A stretch of DNA of 64,000 nucleotides from Candidatus Nomurabacteria bacterium (GCA_026396015.1 JAPLXP010000004.1:1546-65545); one strand, 5' to 3'; counted from the first letter of the stretch, positions 19,539 through 30,016 are shown. The notes: generated by a model from the sequence alone, not told the origin. Numbers and translations are program-made.

Positions 19539-20099
19539 TTTACCTTGTCTTAAAATATCTATCTTGCCTTTTGATAAATCTACGAGAGTCGATGGATGCC
19601 CCTCTCTCGTGCCATAACATATATAAGTATCCACATTATCATCAAAATATTTCCTTGCCTCTTTCCTATTCCTAGCTGGTGGCAAACCCTGAGGATTTGC
19701 AGATGGAGCGATGATTGGCCCCAGCTTTTTAATCAAATCCAAAAGATGCTTATTCCTGCTGCCAATCATACGTACTGCCACTGTATTTGTTCCTCGATGT
19801 AGATATTCAAACTTTTTTAAATTACAAGGCAAAACAACACTGAGGACTGCTGGCCAATTGTTATCTAAAAACTCTTTCTGATTTTTATCCAATTTAATAC
19901 CAAGAGCTATCAGGTCACCAAAGCTAGATACTAATAGTATACATGGCTTTTTCTCATCTCTACCGCGGACAGAATACACATGCTCTACAGCTTTTTTATC
20001 CAGAGCCCTAGCCACAATACCATAAATAGTATCAGTAGGAATAACTGCGATTCCGCCATCCATCAAAACCTCTTCAACTTTTTTCCAATCAGATTTCAT
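19518..20099 (-). CDS. tsaC: L-threonylcarbamoyladenylate synthase (TsaC/YrdC/Sua5 family)
   Basis: IAVIPTDTIYGIVARA motif. Start taken at the internal MKSDW, reverse-strand ATG at 20099. Confidence 0.75.
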   Translation of the reverse strand: MKSDWKKVEEVLMDGGIAVIPTDTIYGIVARALDKKAVEHVYSVRGRDEKKPCILLVSSFGDLIALGIKLDKNQKEFLDNNWPAVLSVVLPCNLKKFEYLHRGTNTVAVRMIGSRNKHLLDLIKKLGPIIAPSANPQGLPPARNRKEARKYFDDNVDTYICYGTREGHPSTLVDLSKGKIDILRQGKEKIKHP

Positions 20100-20167
20100 A
20101 AACAGACAATAACACATATTTAGGTAAAATAAAAAGCGAGTATTCTGAGATACTCGCTTTTTTAAAT

Positions 20168-20584
20168 TTAATAACAATCACTGTGATCATTATTTGTTCT
20201 AAAATCTTTTTTTAATTTTGAAATATGAAAAGGCTTTTTTTCTGTTTTTATTATTTTTAAAACAGAGTCTTCTGGTCGTGAAGTAAAATCATGATCATCA
20301 AAAATTTTTTGATGATCAATAGTCTTTTGATTATCAATTTCTTGATAATTTACAGTAAAATCAACTGGCATATCACCCAGTTCATAATGAGTTGGATGTA
20401 GGTCACTCATTTGTTTGGTCGTATTATTTTCATCTACGACACTTTTTGATTGAAATTTTTCCGGAAAATGTCCGTGAAAATTTTTTTCAAAAATTTCAAG
20501 TGGTAAATCATGTTTTGCCACATTTTTACCAAATTCCACTTCTTCAGTAGAAGTGGTAATTTTCAAGTTGTCATTGTTTTCCAT
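20168..20584 (-). CDS. hypothetical protein
   Basis: ORF starting at MENNDNL. Confidence 0.35.
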   Translation of the reverse strand: MENNDNLKITTSTEEVEFGKNVAKHDLPLEIFEKNFHGHFPEKFQSKSVVDENNTTKQMSDLHPTHYELGDMPVDFTVNYQEIDNQKTIDHQKIFDDHDFTSRPEDSVLKIIKTEKKPFHISKLKKDFRTNNDHSDCY

Positions 20585-20801
20585 GGTTTTTAGTTTTAAA
20601 GGTACAAAAATTAATGAGCAAAAAAAATGAGCTTCTAACACGATGTTAGAGAGCTCATTTTTTTGTTTTTTAGTAGTTTAAAAAAACACAAAAATTAACC
20701 CTCTAACTGATAATCCAGCAGGTTAATATAAATGACGTTTATATTTTTTAAACTTTGTCTCATATTTTATAATATATCAAAAAATAATTTTAATTGCAAG
20801 A

Positions 20802-21911
20802 CTACACCTTAAACTCCATGACATCCCCATCTTTTACTATATATTCCTTGCCTTCTGTTCGAACTTTACCTTTTGCACGAGCATCACCGTAACTACCTGC
20901 TGCTAGCAAATCATTCCAGAATACCACCTCTGCACGTATAAATCTATCTTTAAAATCTGTATGTATAGCCATACCAGCTACTGGTGCTGTAGATCCTGTC
21001 TTAATAGTCCATGCACGAGTCTCTTCTACTCCTGTAGTAAAATACGTATCGAGCCCTAGTAGCTTGTAGCATCCACCAATCAGATCATTGATACCATCAT
21101 GCTCGCCGCCGAGTTCACGGCGGAATATCTCTTTTTCTTCGCCTTCAAAATCTTTCAACTCATCTTCAATCTTTGCATCAATCAGAATAAATTGTGACCC
21201 CCCGGCGACAATCTCATTGGTCATCTCTTTAAAATATTCCGGCTTCTCTTCATCCAGATTCACCACACCTGCTTTTTTATTTAGTCCATAGATCATAGGC
21301 TTGCTGGTGAGCAAATTTAAACTTTTTATTTTTTTGAATTCTTCTTCTGTGTACTCCAAGCTATTTGCGAGCTTACCTGCTTCTAATACTTTTTCTACTC
21401 GGCGCAAAATATCATCCTCCATTACAGCTTCTTTGTCGCCTTTCTTTACATCTTTTTGAAGATTGCTGAGTCTCTTTGTGACAGTTTCGAAGTCAGCGAG
21501 AATCAACTCTAGATTGATCACTGCAATATCTCTCATCGGATCGACATTGCCATAGACATGGGCAATTTCTTTATCTCCACCAGATAATGGGAATAGGCGT
21601 ACCATATGGAGTATGGCATCAGTCTCACGAATGTTTGCTAGGAATTTATTACCCAAACCTTCACCTTTACTTGCACCCTCTACTAGGCCTGCGATATCTA
21701 CAAATTCTACGACAGCTGGGATAGTACGATTTGTCTTTGAAAAATCAGCTAGCTTATACAGGCGATCATCAGGTACAGGAACTACACCCACAGATGGGTC
21801 AATAGTACAGAAAGGATAATTTTCTGCTGGTACACTCTTTTTAGTCAGAGCGTTGAATAATGTTGATTTTCCTACGTTTGGTAGACCTACAATTCCTATA
21901 GATAGTGACAT
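20802..21911 (-). CDS. ychF: ribosome-binding ATPase YchF (Obg-family GTPase)
   Basis: GIVGLPNVGKSTLFNALT, and a TGS-like C-terminus. Confidence 0.9.
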   Translation of the reverse strand: MSLSIGIVGLPNVGKSTLFNALTKKSVPAENYPFCTIDPSVGVVPVPDDRLYKLADFSKTNRTIPAVVEFVDIAGLVEGASKGEGLGNKFLANIRETDAILHMVRLFPLSGGDKEIAHVYGNVDPMRDIAVINLELILADFETVTKRLSNLQKDVKKGDKEAVMEDDILRRVEKVLEAGKLANSLEYTEEEFKKIKSLNLLTSKPMIYGLNKKAGVVNLDEEKPEYFKEMTNEIVAGGSQFILIDAKIEDELKDFEGEEKEIFRRELGGEHDGINDLIGGCYKLLGLDTYFTTGVEETRAWTIKTGSTAPVAGMAIHTDFKDRFIRAEVVFWNDLLAAGSYGDARAKGKVRTEGKEYIVKDGDVMEFKV

Positions 21912-21934
21912 GGAGATAATATAACAGAAATAAA

Positions 21935-24487
21935 TTATTTCACCAATTTTTTAATCTTTGCGCGAGTTTGTGGACCAAATATACCTGTAGCAGGCAGGCC
22001 ATTTTTACCCTGCCATTCTTTTAATGCAGCCTTAGTTAAATTACCAAAACTACTTGTCGCTCCATTTGATCTAAGTTCTTTTGCTTTTGGACCTTTAGCT
22101 TGTGATATTAAAAATTCTTGTAAAGTCTTTACGCTATCACCCACTACACCAGTTTCCAGAGTAATATTTATTTTCCTAATAGAAACAACAACCAAGTTAG
22201 AAAAATGTGCTAATTCTGTATTTGTGGGGTTATTAAAAGGTAATGAATTATTTACTAAAGACACTTTGATTTCTTTTTTATTATTTATATTTTCAGTAAA
22301 CGAAGAGACAACAGAGGCGGCTACATGCATAACTGGTGCAAAATTTGGATGACCGCTACTAACTACAGGGATGACTGGTGGTGATACAAACAAGCTCGGA
22401 TCAATAATATAGGCAAAAGTAGCTGTGGAAGAATTATTCAAAATATCACAAGCACGGACATATATAGTCCCCGTAGTAGACACTGTTATTGCATTTGAAT
22501 AAAGATTACCACTACTACAATCAGTAGGGATACCGGTTGTAGAATAACGAATTGAATCAGAGCCAACAGCTGTGATTAAAACGCTTCTCTCTGTTGGATA
22601 TGAACCCGCCACAGGATTTGCTATTGGTATTTCAGGTGGGGTCGTGTCTATGACATAAACAAAAGACGCAGTAGATGAATTTCCAGCTGTATCACAAGCT
22701 CTGACATATACAGTCTCTGAAATTGAAACAGAAATTGCTCCTGTATATAGAGTTCCACTACTACAATCTGTTGGTGTATTTGAAATTGAGTATTTTATCA
22801 AATCACTCCCCGTAGCAGATAAAATTACAGATTGAGTAGAGTTATATAGTCCAGCAACTGGTGATACGACAGGTGTTGATGGTGGTGTAGTATCAATAGT
22901 GTAAGTAAATGAAGTCGTCGATGAATTGCCTGCTAGATCACAAGCACGGACATATATAGTCTGTGAACTTGATACTGAAATATTTGTTGAGTATAAAGTT
23001 CCAGATGAACAGTCTGCTGGAGCACCAGATGTAGAGTATCTAATTGAATCAGAACCAGATTCACATGCGAGTGTGTAGATAGTCTGTGAAGTAGATACAG
23101 ATATTGCTCCTGTGTATAGAGTGCCACTACTACAATTTGCTGGTGTACCAGATGTTGAGTATCGAATTGAATCTGAGCCGGTAGCAGAGAGTGATACTGA
23201 TTGAGTAGAGTTGTAAAGTCCGGCAACGGGATTTGACACAGGAATACTAGGTGGCACAGTATCGATAGTATATACAAAACTTGCAGTACTTGAATTCCCA
23301 GCTAGATCACAAGCACGTACATATATTGTTTGTGTTGTGGATACAGATATAGCAGTTGAATACAAATTATCTGAAACACAAGATGCTGGTATACCAGACG
23401 TAGAATATCGAATTGAATCCGAGCCAGATGCAGATAAAGTAATAGACTGAGTACTATTGTATAAACCTGCAGGAATAGATACTGTCGGTGTTGATGGTGG
23501 TGTAGTATCAATAGTATAAGTAAATGAAGTCGTAGATGAGTTCCCTGCTAAATCACAAGCTCTGACATAAATAGTCTGTGTTGTTGATACTGAGATTGAT
23601 GTTGAATACAAAGTTCCAGATGAACAGTCCGATGGAGTACTAGATGTAGAGTAGCGGATTGAATCACTTCCACTTGCTGAGAGAGTCACTGATTGAGTTG
23701 AATTAAATAGTCCGGAATCAGGTAGAGCAGTAGCACTCGATGGTGCAATAGTATCGATAGTGTATGCAAATGAAGCAGTGGATGAATTCCCAGCTAAGTC
23801 ACAAGCACGTACATAGATTGTCTGTGAACTTGATACTGAGATATTTGTTGAATACAAAGTTCCACTTGAACAATCAGCTGGTGTACTAGATGTAGAGTAG
23901 CGAATTGAATCTGAACCGATAGCCGACAAAGATACAGATTGCGTTGAATTAAATAATCCAGCACCTGGAGAAGCTACAGGTGTAGACGGCGGCACAGTAT
24001 CAATGGTGTATGTAAATGAAGCAGTGGATGAATTCCCCGCTAGATCACAAGCGCGAACATTTATAGTATGACTAATAGAGATTGAAATATTGGTTGAGTA
24101 TAAAGTTCCACTTGAACAATCTGCGACAGCAGAATCTAGAGCATAGCGAATCAAATCAGAGCCGAGAGCAGAGAGTGATACTGATTGAGTTGAATTAAAT
24201 AATCCAGCAGTGGGTGTTGCCACAGGAGTACTCGGCGGCACAGTATCGATAGTATATGCAAAACTTGTGGTACTTGAATTACCAGCTAGGTCACATGCAC
24301 GCACATATATTGTGGATGTTGTTGATACTGAGATTGATGTTGAATACAAAGTTCCAGATGAACAGTCCGCTGGAATGCCAGATGTTGAGTAGCGGATTGA
24401 ATCACTTCCACTTGCTGAGAGAGTCACTGATTGAGTTGCATTGTAAAGTCCTGCCGAGGGTGTTGCCACAGGAGTACTCGGCGGCAC
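21935..24487 (-). CDS. C-terminal fragment of giant surface protein: ~10 CHB_HEX_C-like repeats plus PG_binding_1 domain
   Basis: ~80-aa units of the form GLYNSTQSV.LSA.GSDSIRYST.G.PADCSSGTLYS..ISVS..QTIYVRACDLAGNSS. The terminal LQEFLI...NGLPATGIFGPQT is a peptidoglycan-binding motif. Confidence 0.6.
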   Translation of the reverse strand: MPPSTPVATPSAGLYNATQSVTLSASGSDSIRYSTSGIPADCSSGTLYSTSISVSTTSTIYVRACDLAGNSSTTSFAYTIDTVPPSTPVATPTAGLFNSTQSVSLSALGSDLIRYALDSAVADCSSGTLYSTNISISISHTINVRACDLAGNSSTASFTYTIDTVPPSTPVASPGAGLFNSTQSVSLSAIGSDSIRYSTSSTPADCSSGTLYSTNISVSSSQTIYVRACDLAGNSSTASFAYTIDTIAPSSATALPDSGLFNSTQSVTLSASGSDSIRYSTSSTPSDCSSGTLYSTSISVSTTQTIYVRACDLAGNSSTTSFTYTIDTTPPSTPTVSIPAGLYNSTQSITLSASGSDSIRYSTSGIPASCVSDNLYSTAISVSTTQTIYVRACDLAGNSSTASFVYTIDTVPPSIPVSNPVAGLYNSTQSVSLSATGSDSIRYSTSGTPANCSSGTLYTGAISVSTSQTIYTLACESGSDSIRYSTSGAPADCSSGTLYSTNISVSSSQTIYVRACDLAGNSSTTSFTYTIDTTPPSTPVVSPVAGLYNSTQSVILSATGSDLIKYSISNTPTDCSSGTLYTGAISVSISETVYVRACDTAGNSSTASFVYVIDTTPPEIPIANPVAGSYPTERSVLITAVGSDSIRYSTTGIPTDCSSGNLYSNAITVSTTGTIYVRACDILNNSSTATFAYIIDPSLFVSPPVIPVVSSGHPNFAPVMHVAASVVSSFTENINNKKEIKVSLVNNSLPFNNPTNTELAHFSNLVVVSIRKINITLETGVVGDSVKTLQEFLISQAKGPKAKELRSNGATSSFGNLTKAALKEWQGKNGLPATGIFGPQTRAKIKKLVK

Positions 24488-25150
24488 AGTATCAATAGTG
24501 TATGAAAATGAAGCTGTGGATGAATTGCCTGCTAGATCACAAGCACGGACATATATAGTCTGTGAACTTGATACTGAAATATTTGTTGAGTATAAAGTTC
24601 CAGATGAACAGTCTGCTGGAGCACCAGATGTAGAGTATCTAATTGAATCAGAACCAGATAGCTAGGTCACATGCGAGTGTGTAGATAGTCTGTGAAGTAG
24701 ATACAGATATTGCTCCTGTGTATAGAGTGCCACTACTACAATTTGCTGGTGTACCAGATGTAGAGTATCGAATTGAATCTGAACCTGAAGCAGATAATGT
24801 GATTGATTGAGTTGAATTGTAATATCCAGCTATAGGACTAGCCACAGCCGCAGATGGTGGAGTCGTATCTATTGTATAAGCAAAAGAGGCAATCGTAGAA
24901 TTATTTGAAATATCACAAGCACGTACATATATTGTTTGTGAACTTGATACAGATATTGCACCATTATATAGCGTACCACTACTACAATCTGCAGGATAAC
25001 CACTATTTATTGAATACCGAATAAAACTACTACCAGTGGCAGATAATGACACAGATTGAGTTCCATTATAAATACCAGCAGGTACGGACGATACTGGATC
25101 AGGACATCCAGCCGTGTGAAAAGTATTATCTCCAGATACAGTATTATTCC
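22380..25150 (-). repeat. tandem ~240-bp coding repeats (CHB_HEX_C-like units), 85-100% nucleotide identity between units
   Basis: Near-identical blocks, e.g. 24481-24660 matches 22893-23072. Confidence 0.8.
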
Positions 25151-25775
25151 CTACTAGATCACGAGATGAAATTCTATAATGATAAATAGTGCAGACAGTC
25201 AGACTAGATAAAGATGTATCATGAGTCATGACAGTAGATCCGGAGCTCAGACTTCCAGAAGAAGAACCATACGAAGAAGTCAAACCATAATCAACTAAAC
25301 TATAGGTATTCTCTTGAGTAATCCAAGTCACATCTGCTGTCGTACTAGTGGTGGTAGTATTGATGCTACTCTGAACTGGAGATTTATAATCTACACTCAC
25401 AGCAGAGCTTTGATAATAATTTCCAGTCTGACCAGAACTACTATGAGGCAAGAGCCTAAGATAAAAAGATCCTTCTTGATTTACTAAATCAGTAAGACCG
25501 TCCCATACAAAACGATGAGAAATACCAGATGGAGAAGAAGTTAACCCCGTAATGCCACTATGCGTACCGTCGCTTGATTTTGGTGTGGCAGTATGCTGTT
25601 CACCACCAAATGCTCCAGTACTGGAATATTCATAAGTAGGAAAATCTATAGTACCACTATTATCATCTTTTAAATTATAATCAAAATCTACTAAACCACT
25701 CAATTGACTCCTCAAAGAAGAAGAACTAAAAGTTAAAGACGGTTTTGCTGGTGTAACCTCACTAATATCAATCAC
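24648..25775 (-). CDS. middle fragment of the same giant surface protein (S/T-rich linker plus CHB_HEX_C-like repeats)
   Basis: Reading frame continuous with the repeats. It is separated from its neighbours by frameshifts at ~24655 and ~25770. Confidence 0.5.
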   Translation of the reverse strand: MIDISEVTPAKPSLTFSSSSLRSQLSGLVDFDYNLKDDNSGTIDFPTYEYSSTGAFGGEQHTATPKSSDGTHSGITGLTSSPSGISHRFVWDGLTDLVNQEGSFYLRLLPHSSSGQTGNYYQSSAVSVDYKSPVQSSINTTTTSTTADVTWITQENTYSLVDYGLTSSYGSSSGSLSSGSTVMTHDTSLSSLTVCTIYHYRISSRDLVGNNTVSGDNTFHTAGCPDPVSSVPAGIYNGTQSVSLSATGSSFIRYSINSGYPADCSSGTLYNGAISVSSSQTIYVRACDISNNSTIASFAYTIDTTPPSAAVASPIAGYYNSTQSITLSASGSDSIRYSTSGTPANCSSGTLYTGAISVSTSQTIYTLACDLAIWF

Positions 25776-27855
25776 ATTTATTGGTGTAATTCTCCAAGCT
25801 GTTCCAGGTCATAAATACTATTCCACTTGAATTCGGTGTCACAGAATTAAAAGTAGCAGTAGCACAAGAAGATGTACAAGCAGACCCACCTGTAGATAGT
25901 GATACATTTGCACCTACGTTATTATAGAATTGCAGTGGTCCCTGAGTAGATACAGAACCTGATCCTTGTACTGTAAAATAGCCTTGGGTCAATCCACCAT
26001 TTTGATTTTTTGTAGAACCAAATAAAATAACTTTATAATATTTTGCTGGATCTAAATGTCGAATTTCAATTTTACCAGGAGATTCAGTCCCAGAATAAAC
26101 AACTATATCTTTTGCTATTTTAGCATTTGGATACAAGCCTGTTCCATCTGTAGTAGCTTGTGCACCTTCCATAGAAGCTGAGCCTGTTTTTAAATTGTCA
26201 TTATTTGTATTTGTCGCTTGTGGCAAGGCTACAGTCAAAGATGAAGATACATTGCTAGTATCTACCAATGACTGAGAGACTTTTTCTGCAGAAAATGAAT
26301 CGTTGGTATTTACTTCATTCCAATACATTCCATTTGTGGAACTACCAGACACGCTATCTAGTGCAGTCGTAGCACTATTAACCCCGAGATTTATGAGCCA
26401 TCTCCTACCGACGGGAACAATATTATTAATACGAGAAACAAAAGCATTTTTTTCAACACTAGCCGGCAGGAAATTTGCGAAGGTTGTAGCAGTGTCGATG
26501 TCTGTTTGAGAGCGACTAGCCTCTGCTGTAGATACCACAGTCTCTACGTGTGTAAAATCATTAGAAGTAAACACAGCTCCCCAATCAACGTTAATCAATC
26601 CAGTATTCAGATTTTCACTATGTGCAGTAAATTCCCCATTTGCATAAGAGATAGATTGAATATCTGCATTTGATGTCACTTTCAAAGAAAGAGCATCTCG
26701 TCTCAATCCAGCCGGAACACTACTGGTGTCCAATGTAATAGTCAAAACATTACCAACTAGATTTGTAGATACTCCAGTATTTTGTTTTACTGCTAAATAT
26801 TCATAAACTTCTTGAGCTGGTGCAACCCATGCAGTATCATTACCAACACGTCCATATGTATTTGAAATATGATCCATTAAAGCTTTATAATCAGTCCAAT
26901 TCATACTACCACCAGTAGCAACACCAACGCGATGAGTAAAACCAATACCCCACAATTTAGTGCTACCAGTACTGTTTGTAGCGAGAGTATCAACAAAATC
27001 ATTTACCGTAGTAGCACCAGTAAAACGATCACTACTATAAAAATATCGATAAGCAAAAAGATGATTCAAATCTATATTCGAAGTCACATCCATACCAGTA
27101 GTAGAAGGATTTACTGTTCCTCCAGAATAAGTAAAGGAAGAACTTTCACTGGCAAAAAGTTTGTACCCATGATTGAAAGCAGGGTCGGCATAATTTCCAT
27201 CCCCAGCAGGAGGTACAAATTCTGATGTCGCAGGGATACTACTATTTGAAGATAACAAAGAAAGATTTTGCTCTATTTCATAATTGTAATCAATAGTACT
27301 TGCGCCATGTGGAGCAGGATATGAATATACGTAATTTGCACCTAAGGTAAGAGCTGACGCATGAGACCAACTATGGTTTGCAATATCAAAACCTTTATTA
27401 TAAATATCAGTAAGATTTGCCCATGTAAATAAATTCACCCCCGTATGAATGTCTGCATATCCATTATTATAATTTGTACTATTCCAAATCATATCACCTA
27501 AAAACGGATGACTTGAAAGTGCCGCAGATCTACCAGACCCATCAGTATAAAAAATACCGCCATAGGATTCACTACGTAAAGCGCTAGTACCACCATATAA
27601 ATATTTAAACCCGTTTTCATACTGATCATAACTACCATCATCAAACTGAAAACTGAAGGCAAAATTCTTATTATATTTAAGTGGAGTCTTTATAATAGTG
27701 GGAGATGCTGGTGTAGTAGCAAAAGTCACAGTGATAACCTTACTATTTGAAGCACCAGTTGTAGATGGCTTCTCAATAAAAAAACCACAAACAATCACAA
27801 GTGTGGCAAATATTGAAAGTATAAAAATTTGAGATAATGTTTTTTTCATGAACAA
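25768..27855 (-). CDS. N-terminal fragment of giant surface protein: signal peptide plus polysaccharide deacetylase (CE4/NodB)-like domain
   Basis: MKKTLSQIFILSIFATLVIV signal peptide. FQFDDGSYDQ and NHSWSH resemble NodB motifs. Confidence 0.55.
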   Translation of the reverse strand: MFMKKTLSQIFILSIFATLVIVCGFFIEKPSTTGASNSKVITVTFATTPASPTIIKTPLKYNKNFAFSFQFDDGSYDQYENGFKYLYGGTSALRSESYGGIFYTDGSGRSAALSSHPFLGDMIWNSTNYNNGYADIHTGVNLFTWANLTDIYNKGFDIANHSWSHASALTLGANYVYSYPAPHGASTIDYNYEIEQNLSLLSSNSSIPATSEFVPPAGDGNYADPAFNHGYKLFASESSSFTYSGGTVNPSTTGMDVTSNIDLNHLFAYRYFYSSDRFTGATTVNDFVDTLATNSTGSTKLWGIGFTHRVGVATGGSMNWTDYKALMDHISNTYGRVGNDTAWVAPAQEVYEYLAVKQNTGVSTNLVGNVLTITLDTSSVPAGLRRDALSLKVTSNADIQSISYANGEFTAHSENLNTGLINVDWGAVFTSNDFTHVETVVSTAEASRSQTDIDTATTFANFLPASVEKNAFVSRINNIVPVGRRWLINLGVNSATTALDSVSGSSTNGMYWNEVNTNDSFSAEKVSQSLVDTSNVSSSLTVALPQATNTNNDNLKTGSASMEGAQATTDGTGLYPNAKIAKDIVVYSGTESPGKIEIRHLDPAKYYKVILFGSTKNQNGGLTQGYFTVQGSGSVSTQGPLQFYNNVGANVSLSTGGSACTSSCATATFNSVTPNSSGIVFMTWNSLENYTNKCD

Positions 27856-27905
27856 TAATATAGAACATACAAATTATAGCATATTCATAGTTTATAAAAC
27901 AAAAA

Positions 27906-27940
27906 AATCCTAGCGTTAAAGCTAAGATTTTTTGTTTTGT
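27906..27940. terminator. bidirectional terminator hairpin
   Basis: ATCCTAGCG..AGCTAAGAT hairpin between A-runs and T-runs. Confidence 0.5.
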
Positions 27941-27945
27941 AAAGT

Positions 27946-28248
27946 TTATTTTTGCATTAATTGAAACAGTGGCATCAATGCTTCGCGATGCTTCATCACT
28001 TCGTTCTTGTATTTACCCATTACAAGAACAGCAGCATACTGTTCGTCGAGTCCTCCTTTCTTTTTTTCCTCAATCTCCTTCTGAATATTTTCAAAAAGTT
28101 CTTTCACTTCTTTATTTGATTCTAATACTTTTAAACTCTCTGCAATTTCTGGATTATTTGCGAGTTTTTCTGCTAATGCTTCAGCTTGGTCTTTTGACAC
28201 ACCCTTTGCACGAAGCGCTGTGGACATTAAAAATGATTTAATTGACAT
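27946..28248 (-). CDS. hypothetical protein
   Basis: 100-aa helical, charged ORF. Confidence 0.4.
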   Translation of the reverse strand: MSIKSFLMSTALRAKGVSKDQAEALAEKLANNPEIAESLKVLESNKEVKELFENIQKEIEEKKKGGLDEQYAAVLVMGKYKNEVMKHREALMPLFQLMQK

Positions 28249-28278
28249 ATTATGGATATTAGCATAAAAATAAGGTGT

Positions 28279-29208
28279 ATGAAAGGCAAAACTAAAATCA
28301 TCGTGATCCTAGGCCAGACTGCCACAGGCAAGAGTGATTTTGCAGTGGAAATTGCAAAAAATATTGGCGGGGAAGTCATATCTGCTGATTCACGCCAAGT
28401 ATATACAGGTATGGATATTGGTACAGGCAAAATCACTAAAAAAGAAATGCAGGGAGTGTCACATCATCTACTAGATGTCGCCTCACCTACCACAATTTTT
28501 TCTGTATCAAAATTTAAAAAGATGGCTGATAAAAAAATAATAGAAATTAGTAAAAATGGCCATATTCCAATCATCTGTGGTGGTACTGGTTTTTATATTG
28601 ATGCATTAATAGACAATGTAATCCTCCCCTCTGTAAAACCAGACAAAAAACTAAGAACTGAATTAGAAAAAAAATCTACTGATGAGTTATATTCAATACT
28701 AAAAGAGCTAGATGAAAATCGAGCAGAGAATATAGATAAAAAAAATCCGGTGCGTCTTATCCGAGCCATTGAGATAGCGAAAGTCTTAGGCTCTGTCCCC
28801 TCTATATCTAAAAATCCAGAATCAAAATACGATGTGTTAAAAATAGGGCTGGCACTGCCAGATGAAATACTAAAAGAACGCATAAACAAACGTCTACATG
28901 CTCGAATAAAGTCTGGCATGATCAAAGAGGTACAAAATCTTTATGATCAAAATATCTCATGGAGAAAATTAGAAAATTTCGGTCTTGAATACAGGTACTG
29001 TGCACAATTTTTGCAAGGAAAATTTGGAGATACCAAGAAAAAAGAATCGAAAGAAAAAATGATTGAACTACTCAATACTGAAATCTGGCATTATGCAAAG
29101 CGCCAAAAGACATGGTTCAAAAGAGATAAAGACACTATATGGATAAACCCCCTAGAAACTCATGAGAGAGCGAGAGCATTAAAAAAAGTAAAAGATTTTA
29201 TTAAATAA
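28279..29208 (+). CDS. miaA: tRNA dimethylallyltransferase
   Basis: IVILGQTATGKSDFAVEIAK P-loop and ISADSRQVYTGMDIGT. Confidence 0.9.
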   Translation: MKGKTKIIVILGQTATGKSDFAVEIAKNIGGEVISADSRQVYTGMDIGTGKITKKEMQGVSHHLLDVASPTTIFSVSKFKKMADKKIIEISKNGHIPIICGGTGFYIDALIDNVILPSVKPDKKLRTELEKKSTDELYSILKELDENRAENIDKKNPVRLIRAIEIAKVLGSVPSISKNPESKYDVLKIGLALPDEILKERINKRLHARIKSGMIKEVQNLYDQNISWRKLENFGLEYRYCAQFLQGKFGDTKKKESKEKMIELLNTEIWHYAKRQKTWFKRDKDTIWINPLETHERARALKKVKDFIK

Positions 29209-29210
29209 AA

Positions 29211-29240
29211 ATAGCCCCGATCGGGGCTATTTTTATTTTA
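29211..29240 (+). terminator. Rho-independent terminator
   Basis: ATAGCCCCGATCGGGGCTAT followed by a T-run. Confidence 0.7.
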
Positions 29241-29243
29241 GAA

Positions 29244-29936
29244 TTATTTCAACAAGAAACGTAGGGTAGATACGAGGCGGATTTTCTTCCATTCTGGAGA
29301 TCCTGGATCCTTGTTTACGATATCAAATACTCCTTGATTCCCTCTGTTTACAGTACCCAATTTTGCACCAGAATTTGTGGCGAATTGTGTAGCTGTGTCC
29401 TGGGCATTTTTGATAGCTTCAGCTAACATCTCTGGCTTTACACTATTGAGATCAGAGAATTCAAAAGAGATATTGTTCTGAGTGAGTACTACGCCCTTCT
29501 TTACAAGATTTAGTGTATCATTTGAAGCTGCCTTGGCTAGGTCGACTTTCTTTGTGTACACAGATACTTGGTTTGTAGAATTATAGCGGAATGCAGCCTC
29601 CTTGTATGTATCTTGATAAAGATTTACTGGTGCGACATTGATTTCTGTATCCTCAAAACCTTTTTCCTTCAAGAAAGCTTTTATTGAAGTGATATTTTTC
29701 TCTGTATCAGAATAGAGAGAGTCAATACTGTTAGATTTTACCTCAAAAGTGAGGGCCCAGATAGCGGTATCAGATTTTACGATTTTCTCAGATAGACCTT
29801 TTACCTCGACATATGCATTTTGCTTTGAAAAATTTTGTGCAGCAAAAAAGAATAACAACCCAAAGACAACGACTGCTAGGCTAATAACCCAAAGACTGTT
29901 GTTTTTTAATGTTTCCATATTTATAGTATACCACAT
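29244..29936 (-). CDS. SIMPL-domain (DUF541) secreted/periplasmic protein
   Basis: N-terminal transmembrane/signal segment and a SIMPL-like core. An alternative start at METLKNN is 18 nt downstream. Confidence 0.6.
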   Translation of the reverse strand: MWYTINMETLKNNSLWVISLAVVVFGLLFFFAAQNFSKQNAYVEVKGLSEKIVKSDTAIWALTFEVKSNSIDSLYSDTEKNITSIKAFLKEKGFEDTEINVAPVNLYQDTYKEAAFRYNSTNQVSVYTKKVDLAKAASNDTLNLVKKGVVLTQNNISFEFSDLNSVKPEMLAEAIKNAQDTATQFATNSGAKLGTVNRGNQGVFDIVNKDPGSPEWKKIRLVSTLRFLLK

Positions 29937-29985
29937 TTTAGAGATTAATGACAGAATCCAAATTAGTATATTACGATATAAAGAA

Positions 29986-30016
29986 ATAATAATAACCTAT
30001 CATTGATAGGTTATTA
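29986..30016. terminator. bidirectional terminator hairpin
   Basis: AATAACCTATCAttgATAGGTTATT. Confidence 0.55.

Noticed and set aside
19199-25150. Possible CRISPR array, suggested by regular direct repeats
   Set aside because: The 24-nt repeats at 19199-19380 have no spacers and are in-frame codons of an acidic protein tail. The ~240-bp repeats at 22380-25150 are protein domain repeats. No cas genes are present.
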